Source of the DNA: an uncultured Gammaproteobacteria bacterium
GTDB taxonomy: Bacteria; Patescibacteriota; Microgenomatia; Daviesbacterales; UBA10151
Length of the DNA: 64,000 nt
Assembly (NCBI GenBank): GCA_964422835.1
Contig: CAYRCR010000001.1
Location: 212,517 to 276,516 of the forward strand
Direction of reading: 5' to 3'
A program made the position numbers and the translations under genes. Under the pieces are notes generated by a model. The model was not told where the DNA came from, did not search any database, and worked only from the letters and a program-made list of their open reading frames with translations. Shown here piece after piece: positions 49,241-58,607 of this stretch. Position 1 is the stretch's first letter; every line of letters begins with the position of its first letter.

Positions 49241-49920
49241 TTAATCCGTCGTCCAAAAATCTGAAGTTGGCTTACCATAAACCAAAGCATTTCTATGTAT
49301 CAAAAGCACTGTTTTATTTACTGTAATTCCGGTTTTCTTAGCAACCTTTTTCGCAAACTCTTTCGCATCTTTTTCGCCCTCTATTTTTATTACCTCCCTG
49401 TCAAATGCAGTGGGTAATTCACCAACTACTAGTCTATCCCCATAAAATTTTTGCATAATCGCAAGATCATATGGAGTCAAACCGCCGATCGACCTAGTGG
49501 ATTGACCCATTTCTTCGTATACAGTTCTATAAAAAGTCGCCGGGGATTTCCCGTCCCAATTTTCTTTTAATCTAACAACACTTGCTCCTCTCGCAGAAGG
49601 AGATATTGCGTCAATATTATCTTTAAAATACTCGTCTATGATTGTCTTAAAAAATCAAGGAGGGCAGAATCATATTCTCTCTTTCCATAAACCAAATCGA
49701 CCCTCATAGCCTTAACCGCTCTTGACACATCATCCGCATTAAAACATAAGCTCTCTGCTACTTGTTCAATGAAACCATCAGAAGAATAATGATGAGGGTA
49801 GCAGCTACTACCAAATACTCTGCTGGAAAGCCCTTCTTCTGCAATACACAGATACAAAGTATCCTTTTTGGTTGCGTTCTGCCCCTGCGCCTCGATGGCC
49901 CGATCTAAATGAACTAACAT
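49241..49920 (-). pseudogene. unknown protein gene split by a frameshift at an A6/T6 homopolymer (track ORFs 49636..49920 and 49241..49510)
   Basis: The downstream ORF's frame stays open upstream to 49654 and overlaps the upstream ORF by 19 nt, across the aaaaaa run at 49648-49653. A single-base shift yields about 230 aa. Confidence 0.5.
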
Positions 49921-50161
49921 TTTTCTCCCCTTAGATCTTCCTCTCCTGATATCATTTACCCAATTCTTATGCGGGGGGTAAATAAGGCCTTTCCTGCCAA
50001 ACTATCCATAAATGGCGAAACTAGCTCGCCCTTGCTACCAACTGGAACTCCAACAATCTCCTCTATTCTGCGTCTGATTATTTCACTCATGAAGGTATTA
50101 TAGCCCGAAAAAGGCAAATTATCAACTATAGGCTCGTTTAACTTCCTGTTTCAGTGGATAT

Positions 50162-50185
50162 ATCACACACCCGATGTGTGATATT
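50162..50185. repeat. palindromic repeat ATCACACACCCGATGTGTGATATT (copy 2)
   Basis: See copy 1. Confidence 0.6.
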
Positions 50186-50195
50186 TTTAGGTTGA

Positions 50196-50212
50196 CATCT
50201 CGAAGGCCATGG
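50196..50212. repeat. 17-nt direct repeat catctcgaaggccatgg (copy 1)
   Basis: Identical 17-mer at 51375-51391. Weaker extended similarity continues on both sides. Confidence 0.5.
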
Positions 50213-50312
50213 CAATGAGCACTTCGACCCCCTCGGCTGCGCTCAGGACAAGCTCGCTCAATATAAATTCCGTCTAACCGGTGAAAAGCTAAACTTTTTA
50301 CATACATTGTTT

Positions 50313-51329
50313 TTATTTTTCAACAAGAAGCCCTCTTTTGCGGAGTTCCCCGATTTTAGCTAACTCCAATGCTTCTACTTGTGGTGGGAGTTGTTCCGCA
50401 ATTCTTAGGGCTTCCAATTTTCCAGATAAATAATCCATTATTTCTTGTTGCGAAGTTGATTGATCAAACCAAGTAAACTCTTTACTATCAGATCGATAAC
50501 CCCAATCTGTCAAACATTGATCGTAATATGGAACAAGAATTGATGGGACAGTTACCCAAATTACTAAATTATCAGGTCTATACCAAATCTGCTTTGGAAT
50601 AGTATCATTGCTAATGTGTTGAGTTACCCTAAGACCCTGGTAAAAGTCAAGAAAAAATTCCCTTAGTTCTGTATTCTCAGAAGCAAAACCCTTATAAGGA
50701 TTGGTTTCATTCCCTGGTAAATTTTGGGGTTCTGGAAATTTCATATTTCCAAAATCAACTCTTATTTGCTCACGAACTTCCGAACTTAAAGCTAACCACT
50801 TCCCTGTGCGGTAATACTCTGTCCTAGGACCACAATCGTAATCACCACCCATAGGAGTACCATGCGAAATGTAGCCTGGGTGATCTATTCCCTTTATTTC
50901 TTCTTTTGTAAAGGTATAGTTGCACCAAAGAACAGCCTTGCTTCCTTCATGACGAATTTCACCTCTACCCCATATGTCACGTACCATCCCGAGTATCTCA
51001 ACAACATTTATTCGATCTAAAAGTTGATCTCGAGCTTCAAGTCCTTTTCTGTATGTTTCTGTATGTTTTTCTAAGAGAAACTCATCATCCTTGGGAACAA
51101 GACAATCATCCGCCCAGTCCAAAGAGTAAACCATCACCCCGCGTCCATGAAAGGACCTCACTTCTCGCTCTTTACCATTTCTAAATAGAAATCCTGGAAT
51201 AACTTTGATAGTACTGATTTTTTCTCCATCTAATCGTGCTCTGAATGCATTAAGTTGAGCTTCTGTTGACATTGAAAGGTTATTTCCCACTCCTGTAGAT
51301 TGTGGTTCAGGTTCAGTTGCCATATGCAC
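50313..51329 (-). CDS. hypothetical 338-aa protein, no recognised family
   Basis: Bracketed by the 17-nt direct repeats. No TM segments. Confidence 0.4.
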   Translation of the reverse strand: MHMATEPEPQSTGVGNNLSMSTEAQLNAFRARLDGEKISTIKVIPGFLFRNGKEREVRSFHGRGVMVYSLDWADDCLVPKDDEFLLEKHTETYRKGLEARDQLLDRINVVEILGMVRDIWGRGEIRHEGSKAVLWCNYTFTKEEIKGIDHPGYISHGTPMGGDYDCGPRTEYYRTGKWLALSSEVREQIRVDFGNMKFPEPQNLPGNETNPYKGFASENTELREFFLDFYQGLRVTQHISNDTIPKQIWYRPDNLVIWVTVPSILVPYYDQCLTDWGYRSDSKEFTWFDQSTSQQEIMDYLSGKLEALRIAEQLPPQVEALELAKIGELRKRGLLVEK

Positions 51330-51374
51330 GAATTTTACTCCAAGCTATAAGCTAAATCAAATTAATTTACCATG

Positions 51375-51391
51375 CATCTCGAAGGCCATGG
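51375..51391. repeat. 17-nt direct repeat catctcgaaggccatgg (copy 2)
   Basis: See copy 1. Confidence 0.5.
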
Positions 51392-51426
51392 TTGTAAACT
51401 TTGTCGAAACAGTGCAAAGCTAACTT

Positions 51427-51500
51427 TTAATTCTCTTCACGAGCCCTATATGTTAAAGCTTCTGCTATATGTTCCGATAAAATGTTTTCCTGATCTGCCA
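51427..51500 (-). repeat. orphan duplicate of the comM/yifB 3' end (encodes ...ADQENILSEHIAEALTYRAREEN*)
   Basis: 59 bp identical to 52245-52303, plus 5 further codons with synonymous changes and their own stop. A direct-repeat partner of the intact gene end, like an att-site pair. Confidence 0.7.
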
Positions 51501-51507
51501 AATTACA

Positions 51508-51846
51508 TCAAGTTCCCACACTGAGTGTGGGAACACAAGGAACAATCTTAATTTCTAATCTAGCTTTTAGAGCTTTGGTAACTTTTTCCAAAGTTTTCAG
51601 TGTATATCCCGTATAATCCGCAGACTCAATTCTGGCAATATTAGACTGTTTTGTCCCAACTAATTTTGCCAATTCTGTTTGAGTTAATCCCATTTTTTCC
51701 CTTAAATCATAGAGTTGGAAAGCAATATCCCAGGCTTGATCTGCTTTATCCATTTCCACCTTAAAAGAAGGATCCTGTTTTAAGAGTTTCTCTGTTAATC
51801 TATCTATATCATCTTTTATTCTTTTCATTTTAATTTTCTCCTTCAT
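51508..51846 (-). CDS. higA: HigA-like antitoxin (XRE-family HTH)
   Basis: HTH LTQTELAKLVGTKQSNIARIE. Overlaps the upstream toxin gene by 17 nt. Confidence 0.7.
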   Translation of the reverse strand: MKEKIKMKRIKDDIDRLTEKLLKQDPSFKVEMDKADQAWDIAFQLYDLREKMGLTQTELAKLVGTKQSNIARIESADYTGYTLKTLEKVTKALKARLEIKIVPCVPTLSVGT

Positions 51847-52186
51847 TTTTTAATTCTTTTAATCTTTTTCTTGCTATTTCCAGCTCATTTACCGGAGTTT
51901 TCTGTTTCTTTTTAATAAATATATGCAATAAAATAATTATCTGCCCTTTATTAAAAGTATAAATAATTCTCAAAATATCTGTTCCTGATTTAGCTCTTAA
52001 TTCCCATAAGTTTGGTTCCAGATACTTCGATAATGGCTCTTTATGATAAATTTTATATCTTAATTTCTCAATTCCCCTACGAGCTTGAGCTACCAAAACC
52101 TTATTACTTTTTTCCAGCTCAAGAAAGAATTTCTCTATCAGATTACTTCCCGATTTATCTTTATAAAAAATTATCTTAAATTCCAT
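51830..52186 (-). CDS. higB: HigB-like toxin (RelE/ParE superfamily, Gp49-like)
   Basis: LWELR...ILRIIYTFNKGQIIILLHIFIKKKQKTPVNELEIARKR pattern matches Gp49/HigB addiction-module killer proteins. Toxin-then-antitoxin order. Confidence 0.7.
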   Translation of the reverse strand: MEFKIIFYKDKSGSNLIEKFFLELEKSNKVLVAQARRGIEKLRYKIYHKEPLSKYLEPNLWELRAKSGTDILRIIYTFNKGQIIILLHIFIKKKQKTPVNELEIARKRLKELKNEGEN

Positions 52187-52229
52187 TTATAATTATATCA
52201 AATTTGATATATAAAACAATACCCCAATT

Positions 52230-53750
52230 TCAATTTTCCTCCCTAGCCCTATATGTTAAAGCTTCTGCTATATGTTCCGATAAAATGTTTTCCTGATCTG
52301 CCAGGTCTGCAATAGTTCTGGAAAGTTTGAGGACCCTGTGATAACCGCGGGCCGAGAGGTTCATTTGGGATATGGCCATTTTTAAAAGATCCATGGCATC
52401 TTGGGTGATCTGGCAAAACTGCTTAATCTGGGCGCTTTTCATTTCTGAATTGGTTAAAATTCCCGAGCCTTGAAATCTTTTATATTGTAACTCCCTAGCT
52501 TTTTTAACCCTTTCACGGACAGTTTTTGAGTCCTCCGGCACTTTTTCCCCGGTTAATTTTTCCACATCCACATATGGCACATCCAAATGAATGTCAATCC
52601 TGTCAAGAAGCGGCCCTGACATCCTTTTTTTATAGCGGGAAATTTGCCCGGGCATGCAGACACAATTTTTATTAGGGCTCCCCAAAAACCCGCAGGGACA
52701 GGGGTTGTGGGCTGCCAAAAGAATAAACTGCGATGGAAAAGTTAAAGATCCGGAAGCGCGTGATATGGTCACTTTGCGGTCTTCCAGAGGCTGGCGCAGT
52801 GCCTCCAGCACTTGTCTGGGAAATTCTGGCAGTTCGTCCATAAAAAGTACACCGCGGTGGGCCATGGACACTTCCCCTGGTTTAATATTATTTCCTCCGC
52901 CAATCATCCCCACATAAGAAGCGGTGTGGTGGGGGCTGCGGAAAGGCCGGGTCGTGACAATTGCCTCACCCGGAGAAAGCGAACCGCAAATGGAATAAAT
53001 TCTGGTTACTTCCAAAGCTTCTTCTTTGGTAAGAGGTGGCAATATGGAAGGGAAGGCCCGGGCCAGCAAGGTTTTTCCAGCTCCTGGCGGGCCTTTTAAA
53101 ATAACATTATGGGCACCAGTTGCTGCAATCTCAAGAGCTCTTTTGGCCATTTCCTGCCCTTTAATATCGCGAAAGTCATATTCATAAAGATTTCCATCGG
53201 ATGAGTTAAATTCCGTCAAGGGTTGCGGTAAAACCTCTTCTGCCCCTGTTAAAAATTTAAAAATTTGTAAAATATCCTCAAAAGGATAAATGTCAATTCC
53301 ATCAACCACTGCCGCTTCCGGGGCGTTTACTTTTGGTACAAATAATCTTTTCAAACCTATTTCTTTTGCTAGTATCGCAAAAGATAAAATTCCATGAGTT
53401 GAACGCAAACTCCCGTCCAAGGACAACTCCCCCACAGCCAAGGTATTTGATAAATCAGAGACCAGTTGACCCGATGCCAGTAAGATTCCCAGGGCAATCG
53501 GCAAATCAAAGGCCGGTCCTTCTTTTGGTAAATCTGCCGGGGCTAAATTAACCGTAATTTTTTTGGGAGGGAGGTCTGCCTCGGAATTCCGAAGGGCCGA
53601 GCGGACCCTTTCTTTTGATTCCTCAACTGCCCTATCTGCCAAACCCACCAGGGTAAATGAAGGCAAGCCCTGCGAGGCAATGTCCACTTCTACCGTGACA
53701 GGAACAGATTCAAGCCCAACATTTGCTCCGGATATTACTTTGGCTAACAT
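52230..53750 (-). CDS. comM: YifB/ComM-family Mg-chelatase-like AAA+ ATPase (start at MLAKVIS)
   Basis: Lon-like N-terminal domain. Walker A GPPGAGKT. Cys cluster NPCPCG...C. Confidence 0.8.
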   Translation of the reverse strand: MLAKVISGANVGLESVPVTVEVDIASQGLPSFTLVGLADRAVEESKERVRSALRNSEADLPPKKITVNLAPADLPKEGPAFDLPIALGILLASGQLVSDLSNTLAVGELSLDGSLRSTHGILSFAILAKEIGLKRLFVPKVNAPEAAVVDGIDIYPFEDILQIFKFLTGAEEVLPQPLTEFNSSDGNLYEYDFRDIKGQEMAKRALEIAATGAHNVILKGPPGAGKTLLARAFPSILPPLTKEEALEVTRIYSICGSLSPGEAIVTTRPFRSPHHTASYVGMIGGGNNIKPGEVSMAHRGVLFMDELPEFPRQVLEALRQPLEDRKVTISRASGSLTFPSQFILLAAHNPCPCGFLGSPNKNCVCMPGQISRYKKRMSGPLLDRIDIHLDVPYVDVEKLTGEKVPEDSKTVRERVKKARELQYKRFQGSGILTNSEMKSAQIKQFCQITQDAMDLLKMAISQMNLSARGYHRVLKLSRTIADLADQENILSEHIAEALTYRAREEN

Positions 53751-53771
53751 TACAGGGTAAGTATAACAAAG

Positions 53772-54368
53772 TTGACAAAAATGTATAGTTTTGGTAAATC
53801 TAAGCCAGTGAAAAAAGCGGCCAAACAAAAATACCATCCTGTCAAAATATGCGGTGAAGTTTGTAAGCTTCCTATTGTGGAAGTGGGGCCAAATTTAAGC
53901 GTGGCCCTGTTTAATATTTTAGGAATTAATTTTGTTTCTCCTAAAATATGCAAAAGTTTAGCCAAAAAATTACCCAAGGAGATTTCTGCCATCGTCACCC
54001 CGGAGGTCAAAAGCATCTGTCTGGCTTATGAAATGTCCAAAGTTTTAAAAGTACCATATATTGTGCTTAGAAAAACTTTGAAGCCTTACATGGTCAATTC
54101 TATAGGGATTGAGGTACTTTCCATCACCACCGGCAAGCCGCAAAATTTATTCCTTGACGGTAAGGACCGCAAAAAAATCCGCGGTAAAAAAGTTATGCTT
54201 TTGGATGATGTCATATCCACCGGTGAAACTTTGAAAGGCATGCGGGCCTTGATGAAAAAAGCCGGGGCAAAAATCGCCGCAGAAGCAGCAGTTTTTACGG
54301 AGGGTGAGGAAAATTTTTGGAAAGAAGTTGTTTCACTGGGTCATCTGCCCCTGTTTAAATCAAAATGA
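53772..54368 (+). CDS. type I phosphoribosyltransferase (adenine/purine PRTase-like)
   Basis: PRPP-binding motif VMLLDDVISTGETL. Confidence 0.6.
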   Translation: MTKMYSFGKSKPVKKAAKQKYHPVKICGEVCKLPIVEVGPNLSVALFNILGINFVSPKICKSLAKKLPKEISAIVTPEVKSICLAYEMSKVLKVPYIVLRKTLKPYMVNSIGIEVLSITTGKPQNLFLDGKDRKKIRGKKVMLLDDVISTGETLKGMRALMKKAGAKIAAEAAVFTEGEENFWKEVVSLGHLPLFKSK

Positions 54369-55171
54369 AAAAGGCACAGGCAGAAATCGGCGTTTTCGGG
54401 GGATCGGGTTTTTACTCACTGTTCCAAAAAGCAAAACAAATCAAACTAACTACCCCGTACGGCAAGCCTTCAGCTCCAATCACTATTGCGCAGATACATG
54501 GCAAAAAAGTAGCTTTCCTGCCAAGGCATGGGGAAAAACACCAGTATCCCCCCCACAAAGTTCCCTATAAAGCCAATATTTATGCCTTTAAGATGCTGGG
54601 GGTTAAAAATATTATTTCTCCTTGCGCCGTCGGGTCTTTGCAGCCTAATATTAAACCCGGGCATTTTGTTATTTTGGATCAGTTTTTTGATAGAACCCAC
54701 GGCCGCGATGACACTTATTATCACGGCCCGGAAACAGTCCATATTGGAGGAGCCAATCCCTATTGCCCCAATTTGCAAAAAATTGCCGCGGAGTCTTGCA
54801 AAAAGTTAAAAATTCCGGTTCACAAAAACGGATCAGTGGTGGTTATCAACGGACCGCGTTTTTCAACAGCTCTCGAGAGCTCTTATTTTGCCAAACTAGG
54901 CTATCAGATTATAAATATGACCCAATGTCCTGAGGCAATTTTAGCCCGGGAGATGGAAATGTGTTTTTTGGGGATAGCGCTAGTTACTGATTGGGATGCG
55001 GGAATTGCCCAAAAAGGCAAAGTAAAACCTGTGGAAACAAAAGATATCTTGAAAATGTTGAATGAAAATAACGAAAAATCAAAGAAATTAATTTTTGAAA
55101 TTATTAAAAATTTACCCCATCAAGAAAGCTGTCCTTGTACATCAGCTTTGAGTAGTGCTAAAGTCAGCTAG
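54365..55171 (+). CDS. mtnP: S-methyl-5'-thioadenosine / purine nucleoside phosphorylase (PNP/MTAP family)
   Basis: IGVFGGSGFY...AFLPRHG N-terminal signature. Confidence 0.8.
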   Translation: MKKAQAEIGVFGGSGFYSLFQKAKQIKLTTPYGKPSAPITIAQIHGKKVAFLPRHGEKHQYPPHKVPYKANIYAFKMLGVKNIISPCAVGSLQPNIKPGHFVILDQFFDRTHGRDDTYYHGPETVHIGGANPYCPNLQKIAAESCKKLKIPVHKNGSVVVINGPRFSTALESSYFAKLGYQIINMTQCPEAILAREMEMCFLGIALVTDWDAGIAQKGKVKPVETKDILKMLNENNEKSKKLIFEIIKNLPHQESCPCTSALSSAKVS

Positions 55172-55932
55172 TGAATGAATTCTGGGGAGAGATTAGTCCC
55201 AATTTGCACCTAGCCGATTTACATATTCATACTTGCCGTTCCGATGGTTTACTTACGCCCCAAGAAGTAATCGATCAAGCTGTGAAACTACACCTTTCAG
55301 CCATTGCCATAACTGATCATGAAGTAACCGATTCTGCCCTTGAGACAAGAGAACTAGCCAAGAACTACCCGCTTGAAGTTGTTACGGGTAGTGAAATCAC
55401 GACTCATAACGGCCACCTTTTGGGACTTTACCTTGAGAGAAATATTCCCAGTGGTAAAAAAGTTGAATGGACTATTGATGCAATCCATGACCAGAATGGG
55501 TTAGCCATTGTTCCTCATCCCATGTACAAATGGACTAAGTCACTCACTGAAAATAAAATTTTATCCATTATTCAAGGTTCAAGCGATATTTACTTTGATG
55601 GTTTTGAAATATTCAATGGCGGGGTTGCCGTAAACCCATGGACACTTGCCAACCAGGATGCCAAAGATTTTTATTATCAGTATCAGAAAAGTTTGGGCGC
55701 ACCACTTGGTGGCAGTGATACCCATTTTCGTTTGATCGGGCGGGGTCTAACCGGATATCGGGGTAATCTTTTTGAAAGCATTAAAACAAAGCAAACAACT
55801 GTATTTTTTAATACTGTAAAAGAACAGATTACATTGCAGGAATTTGCCCAGCAATTGACATTAGGGCTCATTGTTGAGCCGGGGCGGAGATTCAGGCGTT
55901 ATACTGAAAGACACTTAAATAATAGAGAATAA
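55171..55932 (+). CDS. PHP-domain metal-dependent phosphoesterase
   Basis: LADLHIHTCRSDG...AITDHE PHP motifs. Confidence 0.75.
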   Translation: MNEFWGEISPNLHLADLHIHTCRSDGLLTPQEVIDQAVKLHLSAIAITDHEVTDSALETRELAKNYPLEVVTGSEITTHNGHLLGLYLERNIPSGKKVEWTIDAIHDQNGLAIVPHPMYKWTKSLTENKILSIIQGSSDIYFDGFEIFNGGVAVNPWTLANQDAKDFYYQYQKSLGAPLGGSDTHFRLIGRGLTGYRGNLFESIKTKQTTVFFNTVKEQITLQEFAQQLTLGLIVEPGRRFRRYTERHLNNRE

Positions 55933-55937
55933 TTTTG

Positions 55938-56300
55938 TGCCTAGGGAGCCTTTAAGCCAGATTCTGTTTGAGATGAAATCTATCTACAAATGATGTTTGA
56001 TGTCATCTGTGTCGCCTTAGGCGACTGCTCCTTATTCGAACTATCGAGCGAGCAGCTCAGTTCAATCTAGGATTGCAGCGGGGAGGATTGTCCTTCGACT
56101 CGCTTCGCTCGCTCAGGATAAATCCCTCGCGTTTCTACAAGCCAAAGATCCAGTAGCTTGATCGTTTCAACCGGCGCCACCCGGATCGTCTCTGTTACTC
56201 TAACTAGGCCTTACGGCTGTCGCCTAACGGCGACCACCCTGCTCTGCGCTGTCTGGACTTTCCTGTCGCCAATGGCGACTATCATCCAGCTTCCTAGGCA
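55938..56300 (-). ncRNA. rnpB: RNase P RNA (bacterial, compact)
   Basis: Minus-strand read gives aggaaagtccagacagcgcagagcagggtgg (P4/CR-I region, compare E. coli AGGAAAGUCCGGGCUCCAUAGGGCAGGGUG). The 3' region reads acagaatctggcttaa (compare ACAGAACCCGGCUUA). P1 pairing is cctaggaagc/gctccctagg. Repeated GTCGCC-loop-GGCGAC helices. Confidence 0.8.
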
Positions 56301-56343
56301 TGCTAATTTTAGCTCAAAACAAAGGCAAAATCAAATTGAAAGG

Positions 56344-57309
56344 TTATTCTTCGACCTTGAGGGTTTCTTGCAACACAAGTTGTATTACTACAGCAATAGG
56401 TACGGCCAAAAGAGCTCCTCCAATTCCCAAAAGTCTTCCTCCAACGGAAATAGCCAAAATAACAAGCAAAGGATTTAAGCCTACTGCCCGCCTCATTACC
56501 TGCGGCACCACCACATGACCCTCAAGTTGTTGTATGGCAACATAAAGCCCGGTTACAAGTCCCGCTTGAAAGGGTGAAACAGTCAGGGCCAAAAGCACTG
56601 CCGGAATAGCAGCGATAATTGGTCCGATTACCGGTACCACTTCCAGAAGCCCTGCCAAAATTGCCAAAGGCAGGGCAAATTCCACACCCAAAATCAGAAG
56701 GCCTGCATATGTCATTGCACCAATCAAAAGCGACAGAACTACCTGCCCCCGAAGCCAGGCTCCCAATTTCTCCTCCACCAACCTCAATATCTTTTGGACT
56801 TTCTCCTGGCGCACCCCGAAAAAAGAAGTAGCATAATTTTCAATTTTTTCCCTATCAAGGAGCATATAAATGGTAATTACCAAAATACTGACAAGAGCAA
56901 TCAAATCACGAAGCACATCAAAAGTAATATTTAAAAGCTGCCCCGAGATCTTGGACATTTCCTGCCTGATAATTGACTGGTCCAATAAGCTGACCTGCAG
57001 GAGGGCCGAAAGCGCATCGGCCAAGCGGGTTGTTAAATTGCTTGTTTCAGAAATCAATGGGGTAAAACCAAGAGTAATTACCGCCACAAGTATCCCCATG
57101 ACAGTAAAGAAAGTCAAAAGTACAGACAGCGTCTTGGGAATTTGCCAGGAATTGAGTTTATTAACAATCGGGTAAAGGGCTGACATAACAATAAAGGCCA
57201 CAAAAACAAGTAAGATGATGTCGCGGATCAGAAACAGTATCCAAAGAGAAAGTAAAAAAACGGCAATAAAAATAATGGTCCGGTAAGAAATATCAATTCT
57301 TCGTGTCAC
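56344..57309 (-). CDS. AI-2E family transporter (UPF0118/PerM-like)
   Basis: 321 aa, 8 TM helices, family-typical topology. Confidence 0.75.
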   Translation of the reverse strand: MTRRIDISYRTIIFIAVFLLSLWILFLIRDIILLVFVAFIVMSALYPIVNKLNSWQIPKTLSVLLTFFTVMGILVAVITLGFTPLISETSNLTTRLADALSALLQVSLLDQSIIRQEMSKISGQLLNITFDVLRDLIALVSILVITIYMLLDREKIENYATSFFGVRQEKVQKILRLVEEKLGAWLRGQVVLSLLIGAMTYAGLLILGVEFALPLAILAGLLEVVPVIGPIIAAIPAVLLALTVSPFQAGLVTGLYVAIQQLEGHVVVPQVMRRAVGLNPLLVILAISVGGRLLGIGGALLAVPIAVVIQLVLQETLKVEE

Positions 57310-58315
57310 ACCCCGAATAATACCATTTTTCTACCTCGTTTTCCACTACATTTATCATGTTCGGTTCATTTATATCAAACCACAAAACATCTCTTTCGTG
57401 ATTAAACCAGGTCATCTGTCTTTTGGCATATTGGTGAATTTTATTTTTGAGTCTTTCTATAAACTCTTCTTTATTGATTTTACCTTCCAAAAGGTCTGCC
57501 AATATACCATATTCCAACCCCAATTGCCTCATTCTCTTAAAAGATAGCCCTTCTTTGTATAATTTACTAGCCTCTTCAATCATTCCCTGATTAATTCTGG
57601 CAAGTAAACGCAAATCAATCCGTTGATTTAAGACCTGCCTCGGAGCAGTCAACCCAACTTTCAAAATATCCCAACTTTGCACTTTGCACTTTTCACTTTT
57701 CACTTGTTTGATGTATGGATACATAAGGTGAAGTTCAATAGAGCGAAGGAGTCTCCGTTTATTTTTTTTGTCAGAAGAAGTCATATTTTCCCATTTAGTA
57801 GGGGACAGGGTTTGTAATTTATTTTGCAGCTTTTCCAAAGAAAGTTTTTCTAACTCCCCTCTTAGTTTCAGGTCAACAGGTACAGCTAAATTAGGCAGGC
57901 CTTGCAGTAGCGCCTTAAGATATAGCCCAGTTCCACCTACAATAATCGGCAATTTATCTCTTTGCAAAATACCATCAATCACTTTTCCGGCGTCTTTAAC
58001 ATAATCATAAACTGTGTATTGAACTTTTGGAGAAACCACATCATACATCCAAACTTTAATTCCATTAATTTCCCAAAATCCTTTTCCTTTTTTAATGTCA
58101 TTCCGGACTTGATCCGGAATCCATATAGATCCTGAAACAAGTTCAGGATGACCATCTTTTCTACCCGGCATTTTGCCTGTCCCAATATCCAACCCTTTAT
58201 AAACCTGTCTGGAATCACAGGAAATAAGTTCCCCGTTAAATTTTTTGGCCAAGAATAGGGCCACATCGGTTTTTCCGGTAGCTGTCGGCCCTAAGATCGC
58301 TAACACCTTTTTCAT
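57293..58315 (-). CDS. miaA: tRNA dimethylallyltransferase
   Basis: P-loop GPTATGKT and DSRQVY motifs. Confidence 0.85.
   Translation of the reverse strand: MKKVLAILGPTATGKTDVALFLAKKFNGELISCDSRQVYKGLDIGTGKMPGRKDGHPELVSGSIWIPDQVRNDIKKGKGFWEINGIKVWMYDVVSPKVQYTVYDYVKDAGKVIDGILQRDKLPIIVGGTGLYLKALLQGLPNLAVPVDLKLRGELEKLSLEKLQNKLQTLSPTKWENMTSSDKKNKRRLLRSIELHLMYPYIKQVKSEKCKVQSWDILKVGLTAPRQVLNQRIDLRLLARINQGMIEEASKLYKEGLSFKRMRQLGLEYGILADLLEGKINKEEFIERLKNKIHQYAKRQMTWFNHERDVLWFDINEPNMINVVENEVEKWYYSGCDTKN
57671..57722. repeat. ~50-nt repeat copy inside miaA CDS (ttgcactttgcacttttcacttttcacttgtttgatgtatggatacata)
   Basis: 7-nt sub-repeats TTTGCAC/TTTTCAC followed by gtatggatacata. Second copy at 58608-58648. 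Here it is read in-frame as ...MYPYIKQVKSEKCKVQS... Confidence 0.55.
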
Positions 58316-58317
58316 AA

Positions 58318-58593
58318 TTAATCAGATTTTCCGAAGATCCAGGGGGTAGAGGTTTTTATATTTTGAGGTTTTGATCCGGAGTTTCCGCTTTTTTTGACCA
58401 TTTTGGCAACCCGAACCACTGTATCCGTCCCCACTTTTACCCGTTCGGCAATTTTCCTGACGGACAAACCATCAGATAAAAGATTGGAAATTAAAAATCT
58501 TTGTTTAACCATCCGCCATTCCGAATCGGTCAAAAACTTTTTGATCAGGTCATCAGAAATATTAATATTTCTATCTATTTTCGGTTTACTCAT
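58318..58593 (-). CDS. TrpR-like YerC/YecD-family DNA-binding protein (second copy in window)
   Basis: SDDLIKKFLTDSEWRMVKQRFLISNLLSDGLSVRKIAERVKVGTDTVVRV, a PF01371-like region. Confidence 0.55.
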   Translation of the reverse strand: MSKPKIDRNINISDDLIKKFLTDSEWRMVKQRFLISNLLSDGLSVRKIAERVKVGTDTVVRVAKMVKKSGNSGSKPQNIKTSTPWIFGKSD

Positions 58594-58607
58594 GGAGGTA
58601 TTCTTAA

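Noticed and set aside
51437-52307. The 59-bp duplication read as simple tandem gene duplication of comM
   Set aside because: Only the last ~24 codons are duplicated, and the copy carries its own diverged stop. The intervening DNA encodes an unrelated TA pair. Insertion or recombination is the better explanation.
55930-56340. Possible tmRNA (ssrA), considered because of repeated GTCGCC-loop-GGCGAC hairpins
   Set aside because: No tag-peptide reading frame ending in ALAA-stop and no tRNA-like 3' end. The RNase P core motifs fit instead.
56158-56478. 106-aa plus-strand ORF from the track
   Set aside because: It lies entirely over the minus-strand RNase P RNA. Its GC-rich helices create the open frame. 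No SD..
57671-57705. Tandem 7-nt repeats TTTGCAC/TTTTCAC as a possible CRISPR or microsatellite
   Set aside because: The units are far too short and irregular for CRISPR. They lie inside the miaA CDS and are part of a larger duplicated element.
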